This document shows positions 18,139 to 25,977 of a stretch of 32,000 bases of DNA, piece by piece; the stretch's first letter is position 1; every line of letters starts with the position of its first letter. The notes beneath the pieces were generated by a model that ran no database searches, was not told where the DNA came from, and worked only from the letters and a program-made list of their open reading frames with translations. The position numbers were made by a program, and so were the translations under genes. The stretch is from Edaphobacter aggregans (GTDB lineage: Bacteria; Acidobacteriota; Terriglobia; Terriglobales; Acidobacteriaceae), in NCBI RefSeq assembly GCF_003945235.1, contig NZ_RSDW01000001.1, positions 1,560,001-1,592,000 on the forward strand. Direction: 5' to 3'.

Positions 18139-19956
18139 TCAGTGCGGCAAGTTTAGCTTTTTCAGGAGTTTGGCGAACCTGCGGTCAGTGTGAAGAGGAT
18201 GAAAGAACGGCTCGATTGCTAGTAGATTCACGAAGTTTGTTTTGTGGTTGATCGCTTCATCCAGACACTGGAGTGCCAGATCGAAATCTCCCATCCCGAC
18301 TGCAGCGAAACTTTCTGCTAGAGGAGTGACATATTGCCGCCCCGCGAGTTGATGCAGTCTCTCGATACATTCTTCGGCTCGCGATAAGCTGCCTTCCAGG
18401 GCATGACTTGCGGCAAGCAGACCGATATCCAATGGTGACGCAGATGGTGAGAGACACTGTATCACCATGTCGTAACGCTCTTGCTGGAAGTGCAGAAGCC
18501 CTTCATACAATCTCGCTTCAGGATAGTCGCGGTCCAGTTCGAAAGACTTTCGGAGATGCTCTTCGGCTGATGGATAGTCTCCCTTGACGTAATGAAGATA
18601 AGCCATCCGTGCGCAATCGCTGGCCGAGAGCGGGTCCAGTTCAGTCGAGCGGCGAAGTCCTGACTCTGCCGCCTTGATGTCCCCCTGGCACAACAACGCC
18701 ATAGCACGAAACATGTGAGCCGGCGCATGGCTGGGTTGTAGTTTTAGCGCGCAGTCAAACATCCTGCCGGCTTCATCCCAACGATGCTCAAACCAGGCAC
18801 GAAGTGCGCCCAGCACCGTGCAGGTAGCACCGGATTCAGGATCGAGCGCATAACCGCGCTCCGCGTTTGACTTCACTTCTGGATACACATCATGGCCCGA
18901 GACTATCCCGAACTGGGCAAGAAGGCCGTTCGCCGCGGCCATGCCACTGTAAGCAAGAGCGTAATCGGGATAAGTCTCTGTGAGGCTGCGTAGCTGCTCC
19001 AGGGCGGCGTGCAACGTTTCAGGCGACTGCTGGTGAATCAGAAATCGAGCTTGTAGATACCTTGTATATGCGTCAAGATCAGGAGGTGAGGGTCGCACTG
19101 GCCCTTGTACTTCCGGCATGTGAAGCCTGAGTAAGTCCGCAACAGATTGTGCAATCTCTTCCTGGATCGCAAACACATCTTGGAGCTCGCGACGGAACGT
19201 CTCCGACCAGACGTGATGACCCGATTCGGTCTGAATCGCCTGGGCAGTGATCCGCAGTTGTTCGCCGGCCTTCCTCACGCTTCCTTCGATGACAAGATTC
19301 GCGCCTAGACGCTGCCCTACTTCCCGGATATCGATGTTGGCGCCCTTGAAGTGAAAAGCCGATGTCCGCGCAATCACGTTCAAACCGGATACCCGCGTCA
19401 GCGAATTCGTGATCTCTTCACTGATCCCGTCGCAAAAATAGTCCTGCTCGGGCTCCGGACTCATGTTCACGAACGGCAACACGGCAACGCATATACGGCC
19501 CGGTGGCGGTGCGGCGCCAATCTCTTCGCGATGCTTTGCCGGCTGGGCGTCAAGCCATCGGAAAACCGGGACATAACTGCCTGGTCGCAATCCAATCAGA
19601 ACCGGATCAACCGTACCCTGCCCTTCCTCGTAATAGGACTTCAATTTCCCCCTCAGACGGCGAGCCTCAACCCGGACAATCGCGTCGATGTTCGGATCGT
19701 ACTTTGAGGTACGGTCGAACACCTCCATTGCAATCGAGAACTCCTTAAGGCTATCGATATCTCCATCGATTGTCCGATTAACGATGTGTGTTAGAAAACG
19801 GCATAGCCGGACTGACGAAACGAAACTAGGGCTATTCACCACGCGCGCCAATTGGCCGCGAACCGCCGTCGCAGGCACGGGGTCGGCGGCAGAGTTCGCG
19901 AGAGATTTTTTGGATGACAACGGCGGCGTTGGCACTTGCTTCTCTCCCGCATTCAT
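18139..19956 (-). CDS. TPR-repeat regulatory protein with a divergent winged-helix-like N-terminal region and a TolB-N/FlgO-like domain (605 aa)
   Basis: Track ORF 18139..20373. The first 139 codons are low-complexity and overlap a better plus-strand gene, so I start at ATG 19956 (MNAGEKQVPTPP...). LKEFSIAMEVFDR...DAIVRVEARRLRGKLKSYY...GSYVPVF parallels the recognition-helix and wing layout of OmpR/CadC-type domains. CVAVLPFVNMSPEPEQDYFCDGISEEI is a TolB-N-like module. The C-terminal half consists of TPR-like repeats. Confidence 0.7.
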   Translation of the reverse strand: MNAGEKQVPTPPLSSKKSLANSAADPVPATAVRGQLARVVNSPSFVSSVRLCRFLTHIVNRTIDGDIDSLKEFSIAMEVFDRTSKYDPNIDAIVRVEARRLRGKLKSYYEEGQGTVDPVLIGLRPGSYVPVFRWLDAQPAKHREEIGAAPPPGRICVAVLPFVNMSPEPEQDYFCDGISEEITNSLTRVSGLNVIARTSAFHFKGANIDIREVGQRLGANLVIEGSVRKAGEQLRITAQAIQTESGHHVWSETFRRELQDVFAIQEEIAQSVADLLRLHMPEVQGPVRPSPPDLDAYTRYLQARFLIHQQSPETLHAALEQLRSLTETYPDYALAYSGMAAANGLLAQFGIVSGHDVYPEVKSNAERGYALDPESGATCTVLGALRAWFEHRWDEAGRMFDCALKLQPSHAPAHMFRAMALLCQGDIKAAESGLRRSTELDPLSASDCARMAYLHYVKGDYPSAEEHLRKSFELDRDYPEARLYEGLLHFQQERYDMVIQCLSPSASPLDIGLLAASHALEGSLSRAEECIERLHQLAGRQYVTPLAESFAAVGMGDFDLALQCLDEAINHKTNFVNLLAIEPFFHPLHTDRRFAKLLKKLNLPH

Positions 19957-19979
19957 TATGCTCCACGAACTTCGCAGTA

Positions 19980-20008
19980 TTACGGCGAGCTTACGGCGGC
20001 TTACGGCC
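19980..20008 (+). promoter_or_regulatory. Three tandem 10-11 bp direct repeats with core (G)CTTACGG in the divergent intergenic region (candidate operator)
   Basis: ttacggcgagc (19980-19990), ttacggcggc (19991-20000), ttacggcc (20001-20008). Repeats 2 and 3 read GCTTACGG, the same 7-mer core as the triple repeat at 18085-18117. They sit between the divergent starts at 19956 (-) and 20060 (+). Confidence 0.4.
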
Positions 20009-20059
20009 AATCGAAGGGCCAGAGGGCTTAGCGTGGAATCAGGCAGCGTTAGAGGATCG

Positions 20060-20437
20060 ATGCAGACATACAGACAAGCAGGAACAGTAATTTTTGTGTC
20101 CGACAGGAGCCCGGAAGCTACGGTCCTGCAGGACATCGAAGCGCACGGACTGGTTATACAGTGGGCGCACAGCATCAGCGCCGCAGTCGATTTGCTCAAC
20201 GCGGCGCGCGGGAAGACCGTGATGGTCACGGAACTCGCGCTGGCTGATGGTAATTGGAGAGATCTCGTCGAACGGATGCGGGGTATTGATATCTGTGTGC
20301 CGATTGTACTCGCAAGTTCTTCCAGTACGGCGGAACTCTGGTGGGACGCGCTCGAATGCGGCATCGATAACATCCTGCCCGCGTCTCTCCTGGCCTCTCT
20401 CTTGTGTCAACTTCTGGAAACGCAAGCTGCATCGTGA
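20060..20437 (+). CDS. Stand-alone receiver-like (CheY-fold) protein lacking the canonical phospho-acceptor residues (125 aa)
   Basis: C-terminal part of track ORF 19688..20437. ATG 20060 is preceded by AGAGGA. The receiver-like pattern is TVIFVSD...AHSISAAVDLL...VMVTELALADGNWRDLVERM...VPIVLASSSS...ALECGIDNIL. Confidence 0.6.
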   Translation: MQTYRQAGTVIFVSDRSPEATVLQDIEAHGLVIQWAHSISAAVDLLNAARGKTVMVTELALADGNWRDLVERMRGIDICVPIVLASSSSTAELWWDALECGIDNILPASLLASLLCQLLETQAAS

Positions 20438-20471
20438 AAAAGATCGGGGCCGCGACGGGATAGATGCGCCT

Positions 20472-20636
20472 TTACCGGTACTGATGTAACGCCGTATCCG
20501 GCGGACTATCACACCACCGTGCAGCAAGTCGTCCGCGAGAATGAGACCGGCTACCCAATTCCGCCAGTTCATTGGCCGTCGCACGACCGATTCCTCGTTC
20601 CTCCGGTGATCAGCGCTGTCGAAGTGTTGGTTGTCA
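20472..20636 (-). pseudogene. Frameshifted N-terminal remnant of a short-chain dehydrogenase/reductase (SDR) gene
   Basis: Minus strand from ATG 20636 (AAGGAAA upstream) gives MTTNTSTALITGGTRNRSCDGQ*. Shifting frame after TGGTR gives IGRATANELAELGSR. Together these reconstitute the SDR Rossmann signature TGGxxGIGxAxAxxLAxxG, interrupted at a short G-run. No SDR-like sequence continues beyond ~50 codons. Confidence 0.45.
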
Positions 20637-20819
20637 TGGGCAATTTCCTTGGCATGAGATACGACTGATTAGAGTCACACATACCCGAGTTTCGGCAAAA
20701 TTTCCATTCGACAGCTCTTCCCCTCTGTTCTCCCGGTTGAGACATGATTTAGACCGCGTCATGCAGATGTATCCAAATCCTTCGTAACGCTAGATAAACT
20801 TACCAAAGGCCGCTAGTTC

Positions 20820-22067
20820 ATGACGACACTCCAGCTCCTCAGCATCCTCATCTCCATCGCAGCTCTTTTCGGCTGGATTAGCGCGCGCTGGCTCAAGCTT
20901 CCAACCACAATTGGCACCATGCTCCTTACGGTGCTCTGCTCGCTCGCCCTCATCACCATTGGAGCTTACACGCCCGGCCTCCAGCTATGGGCCTTTCGCC
21001 TCGTGCAGCAGATCAACTTCGAGGCGCTCATCCTCCACGGCATGCTCTCGCTCCTTCTCTTTGCCGGAGCCTTCCTTCTCGACATCGAACATCTCTTTCA
21101 CGAGCGTCTCTCCATCGCGGTCCTTTCCGTCGCTGGAACCGTTCTCTCTACCATCGCCGTCGCAGCTCTCATGTACTGGGCCCTACCCTTGCTCGGCCTC
21201 CCCGCAACCTGGCTCGAGTGCCTCTTCTTCGGAGCCCTCATCTCTCCTACCGACCCCATCGCTGTCCTCGAGATGCTCCGCCGCGTCGGCATGCCCAAAT
21301 ACATCCAGGCCCAGCTCGCTGGCGAATCCCTCTTCAACGACGGCGTCGCCGCCGTCATCTTCCTCACCCTGCTCGACGCTTACCGCGGAGCCACGCCCTC
21401 CGCCGGTAGCCTCGCTCTCTCCCTCGCCCTCAAAGCTGGCGGAGGCATCCTCCTTGGCGTCGTCGCCGCCTGGATCATCTCCTCGCTCATGCGGCTCGTC
21501 GACGCCTATCAGGTCGATATCCTCCTTACCCTTGCCCTCGCCCTTGGCGGCTACGCCCTTGCCGACACCTTGCGCATTTCTGCACCTCTGGAAGCCGTCG
21601 CCGCAGCCATCTCTCTCCGCAGGTTCAACCAGCGCCCGTCTCCCATGCCCATTGCGCACGAGAGCATCGATCACTTCTGGGAGGTCATCGACGAGGTACA
21701 GAACGCCGTTCTCTTCGTCCTCCTGGGCCTGGAGATCCTGGCTATTCCCTTCCACAAGCTCTCGCTCGAAGCGGGCTTGGTCGCCATCCTCGCCGTCAAC
21801 TCCGTGCGGCTAGCGGTCGTCGCTCTGCTGCTCTCTTTGATACGGCTCTTTCACCGCAGCCATCAAAGCTCACTCCTCATCCTCAGTTGGGGTGGCCTTC
21901 GTGGAGGGCTTTCCATCGCGCTCGCACTCTCCGTCCCCGCCACACAGGGCCGCTCCTGGATTCTCGCAACAACCTACATCGTCGTCGTTTTCTCCATCGT
22001 TTTTCAGGGAGGCTCACTCGACGTCATCCTCCGCCGTCGCCACAAAAAGCTTGCGCAATACTCCTAG
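20820..22067 (+). CDS. CPA1-family Na+/H+ (cation:proton) antiporter, NhaP-type (415 aa)
   Basis: Polytopic membrane protein with the exchanger signatures FFGALISPTDPIAVLEML and AGESLFNDGVAAVIF. It is one of only two confident plus-strand genes in the window. Confidence 0.85.
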   Translation: MTTLQLLSILISIAALFGWISARWLKLPTTIGTMLLTVLCSLALITIGAYTPGLQLWAFRLVQQINFEALILHGMLSLLLFAGAFLLDIEHLFHERLSIAVLSVAGTVLSTIAVAALMYWALPLLGLPATWLECLFFGALISPTDPIAVLEMLRRVGMPKYIQAQLAGESLFNDGVAAVIFLTLLDAYRGATPSAGSLALSLALKAGGGILLGVVAAWIISSLMRLVDAYQVDILLTLALALGGYALADTLRISAPLEAVAAAISLRRFNQRPSPMPIAHESIDHFWEVIDEVQNAVLFVLLGLEILAIPFHKLSLEAGLVAILAVNSVRLAVVALLLSLIRLFHRSHQSSLLILSWGGLRGGLSIALALSVPATQGRSWILATTYIVVVFSIVFQGGSLDVILRRRHKKLAQYS

Positions 22068-22232
22068 TGGCGATCTAGCCCAATCAAGTGATTGGACCAC
22101 GAGCGTAGGCCGATCTAGGCATCCAGCGAACAGACTACAAGACTTCGCGTTGTCATTTGCTTCGGTAGCGAACAATCCTGTCGGTTCGTTGTTAGGCACT
22201 TTTTATCCTGGCGCAGAAGCTCATCGGCAACG

Positions 22233-23978
22233 CTATGTCAGATTTGGCTGGGATACACCGTATGAATCGAGGACGTCTCGAAGCGTCACGATCCCTTCCA
22301 ACTTGTGCACATCCGCACGGCTTACGACGGGCAGGATTTCAATTTGGTTTGCGCCCATCCGTTCCAACGCCACATCCAATCCTTGATCGGAGTGGACGTG
22401 AGGAAAAGACAGTGCATCCATGAGGTCTCCGAGCTTCTTTTGAGTTCCCTCGGCGAGTCTCTGTTCCACCCAGGCAAGAGAGATCACGCCAACGACGCCT
22501 CGTGGATCGGTCACAAGCCAAGTCCGGAATTTGTTTGACGGAGCTTGCGCAAGGGCTTCTTGCACGGTGATTTCACCGGACAGGAGTTGGCTTGGAGACT
22601 GCATTATCTTTGCTACCGAGCGCTGACCGTGTCGTTGGTGTGCGCCCGATGGCAGATGTATGCCATCCTGCACGGCGAGGGCTTCGTAGATCGGCTCCTG
22701 TTGCAATCGTGATGCGATATATAGGCTGATCATATTGGCAATCATCAGTGGGACGATTACGGCGTAGTCTTGGGTCATTTCGAAGATCATCACGACCGAG
22801 GTCATCGGGGCGCGGACAATGCCAGCGAATAGCGCACCCATACCGACCAGTGCATAAGCGCCCGGCGTAGCGGTGAACGCGGGAAAGAAATGATGCGCCA
22901 CTGTTCCCACCGCTCCCCCAAGCATGGCTCCAATGAACAGGGCGGGTCCGAAGATGCCGCCTGCATTCCCCGAAGCATAGCTGGCCGTAACCGTAAGGAG
23001 TTTCAACACCACGAGCAGTAGCATCAATCTGAACGCCATGTTTCCGTTCAACGCCTCGCCGACGTATCCGTAGCCAACGCCCAAGACCTGGGGCACGAAC
23101 CAGCCAATCACACCTACGAGCAGGCCACCCGCTACTGGATGGAACCATGCAGTGTTACGTGGGAAGCGGAGAAACCGGGCGCGCATCCGCAGTAAGAGCT
23201 GGGTGAAGGTAGCTGAGACCACGCCTCCGGCGACGCCTAGTACTGCATAGATTGCGAACTCAGCAGGACTTATGAGTTCATATTGGGGAACCTTGAAGAG
23301 GGGATGATTGCCGAGGGACACGCGCAAGACCATCCACGCCGTCGCAGACGCAAGGACTACGGCGCCCATGACCGGTGCGTGGAGGTCACCCATGATCTCC
23401 TCAAGCGAAAATAGGATCGCTGCCAGAGGAGTGTTGAAAGCAGCGGCGATTGCGGCGGCTGCTCCAACAGGGATGAGTCTCTTTACCTGTTCGGGACGCA
23501 GTCCAAGAACGCGTCCAAGAACAGAGCCAATGCCGGCGCCAACCTGGACCGACGGGCCTTCGCGGCCCAGAGGGATGCCGCTAGCAAGAGTTACCGAAGT
23601 GCAGAAGAACTTACCGAGGACAGTGCGGAGTGTGATGCGTCCGCCGCGGGCAAAGAGAGCAGCCTTGGTTTGGGGAACGCCGCTGCCGCGCGCGTCGGGA
23701 AAATAGCGATAGAGCAAGTAGCCGATGATTAGCGAGCCTGCGACCGGGAACAGCAGGCGTCGCCACGGAGCAGCGCCGACCGGATATAGTCGCATCCCAA
23801 ACCGTTCTGTTACCAGAATGAATGCGACGACCGCTAAGCCGGTCAGTGCGCCGATCACGGCCGCTAAAATTAGAAAGATCTGGTTCTCAGATTGCCGCAG
23901 TCTGACCACGCGGCTCACGAGCAAGATTCTCCAACGGCTCCAACCCGTTTTCGGGAAAATTTCGACGCTGTTAATCAT
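22233..23978 (-). CDS. ClC-family chloride channel / Cl-:H+ antiporter with a C-terminal CBS pair (581 aa)
   Basis: Selectivity-filter motifs GSGVP, GREGP (gating Glu present) and GGIFGP. The C-terminal ~130 aa are CBS-like (VTDPRGVVGVISL..., ILPVVSRADVHKLEGIVTLRDVL). Confidence 0.85.
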   Translation of the reverse strand: MINSVEIFPKTGWSRWRILLVSRVVRLRQSENQIFLILAAVIGALTGLAVVAFILVTERFGMRLYPVGAAPWRRLLFPVAGSLIIGYLLYRYFPDARGSGVPQTKAALFARGGRITLRTVLGKFFCTSVTLASGIPLGREGPSVQVGAGIGSVLGRVLGLRPEQVKRLIPVGAAAAIAAAFNTPLAAILFSLEEIMGDLHAPVMGAVVLASATAWMVLRVSLGNHPLFKVPQYELISPAEFAIYAVLGVAGGVVSATFTQLLLRMRARFLRFPRNTAWFHPVAGGLLVGVIGWFVPQVLGVGYGYVGEALNGNMAFRLMLLLVVLKLLTVTASYASGNAGGIFGPALFIGAMLGGAVGTVAHHFFPAFTATPGAYALVGMGALFAGIVRAPMTSVVMIFEMTQDYAVIVPLMIANMISLYIASRLQQEPIYEALAVQDGIHLPSGAHQRHGQRSVAKIMQSPSQLLSGEITVQEALAQAPSNKFRTWLVTDPRGVVGVISLAWVEQRLAEGTQKKLGDLMDALSFPHVHSDQGLDVALERMGANQIEILPVVSRADVHKLEGIVTLRDVLDSYGVSQPNLT

Positions 23979-24197
23979 CTCTGCAGAATGCTCTACAGAC
24001 AGGATATCCCTCTGGACTAGTTGAGACAGCGGAGAACTGAAACGGGTTCGCGAGTCGTGTTGAGGTGCATCTGGCCCGCGTATGCATATCTGAATTTGCC
24101 ACCTTTAGGTCGATGATTACAAGGCAGCGCAACGCACTCCAACCTAAGATCGAGAATTGGACCGGGGAAATGTCGACCAAGGCTTCCCACTCCTGAC

Positions 24198-24419
24198 ATG
24201 CTCCATCTCAGTTTGCTTGCACAAAAACCTTGCTTTGTCGTCCGTTTCAACTTCGATGAGATCAAGCTCCAAGTCCGTCTCCCGTTGGGAGACAGCAGCA
24301 TTCAACACCAAAATCGAAATTTGACACGAGGAATATCGAATACTTCTTCTCAGGTTTCAGATCGCACTGAGGCAATTACATACGCGCTCAAGAAACGCAC
24401 ACTTGCCGGCAGGGATTGA
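24198..24419 (+). pseudogene. Small ORF resembling a degenerate LuxR/FixJ-type HTH domain (possible relic)
   Basis: The translation (with in-frame upstream codons) is TPDMLHLSLLAQK...FDEIKLQVRLPLGDSSIQHQNRNLTRGI...VSDRTEAITYALKK. This echoes the LuxR-HTH pattern LTxRExxVLxLLAxG-xSxxEIAxxLxxSxxTVxxHxxNIxxKLxVxxRxEAxxxAxxxG, but with two ~6-aa insertions and no upstream receiver or ligand domain. The match is weak. Confidence 0.25.
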
Positions 24420-24555
24420 ACCAGAATTCTTGGAGAGGAATGTTGCCTCCTCATTGGCCCGTTCACAGCGAAATGGCACCGAACAGAGTCAGTTTTCGTG
24501 AAGAAGTGCTAGCCACTCAAGCCGCAAATATCGTCAAGCATACCGAGGTTCTATA

Positions 24556-24822
24556 GCGGATCGATTATCCGCTACGCATTCCGTAATCGAGCGTAAACGA
24601 GCATAACTATGGATAGCTTGCAGCCAAAGAATAAACGCCAGCGATCTTCAACTTATTGAAAATAAGGAGGATGCGCACTGTACCCAATTTTGTACCTGAA
24701 ATTATTCGAGGGGTTTCGAGGGGCTCAGCTAAACCCATCACAAACTACTGAAAATAAACTGGATAGATGGTGCCGGGAGGGGGAATCGAACCCCCATGGA
24801 GTTGCCTCCGACGGATTTTGAG
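24556..24822 (-). repeat. Proximal copy of the tRNA-Leu locus repeat (3' part of the intact tRNA plus its downstream flank)
   Basis: Counterpart of 9191-9470, with blocks at 24556-24597, 24670-24702 and 24768-24822. It also contains a 2 x 10 bp tandem repeat, (a/t)ttcgagggg, at 24704-24723. Confidence 0.85.
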
Positions 24823-24854
24823 TCCGCTGCGTCTGCCAGTTCCGCCATCCCGGC
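24768..24854 (-). tRNA. tRNA-Leu (anticodon CAA), 87 nt, CCA encoded
   Basis: The reverse complement is GCCGGGATGGCGGAACTGGCAGACGCAGCGGACTCAAAATCCGTCGGAGGCAACTCCATGGGGGTTCGATTCCCCCTCCCGGCACCA. It folds with a 7-bp acceptor stem (GCCGGGA/TCCCGGC) and a 3-bp D stem. The anticodon stem is GCGGA/TCCGT and the anticodon loop is CT-CAA-AA. There is a long variable arm (GGAG/CTCC) and a T arm GGGGG-TTCGATT-CCCCC. Confidence 0.95.
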
Positions 24855-24900
24855 GTAGAAACAAGCCTCTACATTTTCAAGTATCGCATATTGCCACGGG

Positions 24901-25818
24901 TCAGTCGTCCTTCCTATCATCGATCGCAGGCCAAAGCCACGCAGCTCCCCGAACACCACTCGAATCCCCGTATTTGGCCGGCAGGATCGGCGTATCCGCC
25001 TCACCACCAAACACATATGCCGCCAATCTCTTCGGAATGCTCTCATACAGATGCTTCGCCTTCGAAAGCCCTCCCCCAACCACGATCGCGTCGGGATCGA
25101 GAATATTGATCACCTGCGCCAACCCGCGCGCCAAACGATCCTCCAGGCGCTCCACAACTGCGGCCGCCTCTGCATCCCCCGCCTCGAAGTCTGCCAGAAT
25201 CTCCCGGGTAGTCCGATCTTTCCCAGTCGACTCCTTGTAATCCAGAGCCACTCCCGTACCCGACACCCACATCTCCATGCACCCGCGCTTGCCGCAATAA
25301 CAGACCGGTCCGGGATACTCATCCGGTTGCTGCCACGGCAACGGATTATGTCCCCACTCCCCGCCAACTCCGTTAGGACCTGCATGGACATGCCCATTAA
25401 TCGCGACTCCTCCGCCACATCCAGTCCCAAGAATCACCCCGAACACAAGGCGCTTCCCTGCTGCAGCGCCATCTGTCGCCTCCGAAATCGCCAGGCAATT
25501 TGCATCGTTGGCAACGCGTACCTCACGAACGAGCGCAGCAGACAAATCCCGATGAAGCGGCTGGCCATTTAGCCATACCGAGTTGGCATTCTTCACCAAT
25601 CCCGTCTTGCCGGATATGCTTCCCGGAATCCCCGCCCCCACTGTGCCTACGTGCCCCGTCTCCTGCTCAATGCGATGCACCAATCCTGCCATCGCATCGA
25701 TCGTTGCGCGATAGTCATCCCGTGGCGTGTCGACCCGATACCTCGCCAACTCCACGCCATTCCTATCGATCGCGAGCGCCTCAATCTTCGTTCCACCAAG
25801 GTCAATGCCGATGCGCAT
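24901..25818 (-). CDS. ROK-family sugar kinase (NagK/Mak-like N-acetylglucosamine or fructose/glucose kinase, 305 aa)
   Basis: Track ORF 24901..25923. I start at ATG 25818 ([13 protein letters not shown], the ATP-binding start typical of the family). It has the ROK zinc motif [12 protein letters not shown], and overall it resembles E. coli NagK as I recall that sequence. Confidence 0.8.
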   Translation of the reverse strand: MRIGIDLGGTKIEALAIDRNGVELARYRVDTPRDDYRATIDAMAGLVHRIEQETGHVGTVGAGIPGSISGKTGLVKNANSVWLNGQPLHRDLSAALVREVRVANDANCLAISEATDGAAAGKRLVFGVILGTGCGGGVAINGHVHAGPNGVGGEWGHNPLPWQQPDEYPGPVCYCGKRGCMEMWVSGTGVALDYKESTGKDRTTREILADFEAGDAEAAAVVERLEDRLARGLAQVINILDPDAIVVGGGLSKAKHLYESIPKRLAAYVFGGEADTPILPAKYGDSSGVRGAAWLWPAIDDRKDD

Positions 25819-25977
25819 CGCTGCATTTGTTACAGAATCTTTGCCAGACAAGTAAATCTCCTGTGAACTACGTATCTCCAACAGCTCCGGGCCAATTTCA
25901 TGCCAACGATACCAGCATCGCATAGGTCATTGCATGCTGACGAGGAAGCCATGAGCCCTTAAATTTTGTACAGGGTG

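Noticed and set aside
19957-20373. N-terminal 139 codons of the 744-aa ORF 18139..20373
   Set aside because: The sequence is Ser/Ala/Leu-rich with no domain character, and it overlaps the better-supported plus-strand receiver-like gene. The recognisable protein begins at ATG 19956.
20039-20584. 181-aa minus-strand ORF antisense to the receiver-like gene
   Set aside because: The translation lacks domain character. Only its extreme 5' neighbourhood (20472-20636, other frames) shows an SDR signature, which I report separately as a relic.
20911-21813. Alternative-frame ORFs inside the antiporter gene (20911..21813 +, 20987..21409 +, 21183..21755 -, 21098..21367 -)
   Set aside because: They give Pro/Ser/Arg- or Gly/Asp/Glu-rich low-complexity translations typical of off-frame reading of a GC-rich gene. 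The 415-aa frame carries the CPA1 motifs.
22233-24100. Fluoride-specific CLC-F with an upstream fluoride riboswitch
   Set aside because: The protein has the canonical chloride-type GSGVP / GREGP / GxFxP motifs, and I could not find crcB-motif-like sequence in the 5' leader.
20000-25000. GC-skew sign change read as a replication terminus (dif region)
   Set aside because: The asymmetry is far larger than typical replication skew. It switches back and forth (antiporter skewed, ClC not), and gene orientation does not flip. A mosaic origin explains it better. I did not recognise a dif-like XerC/D site.
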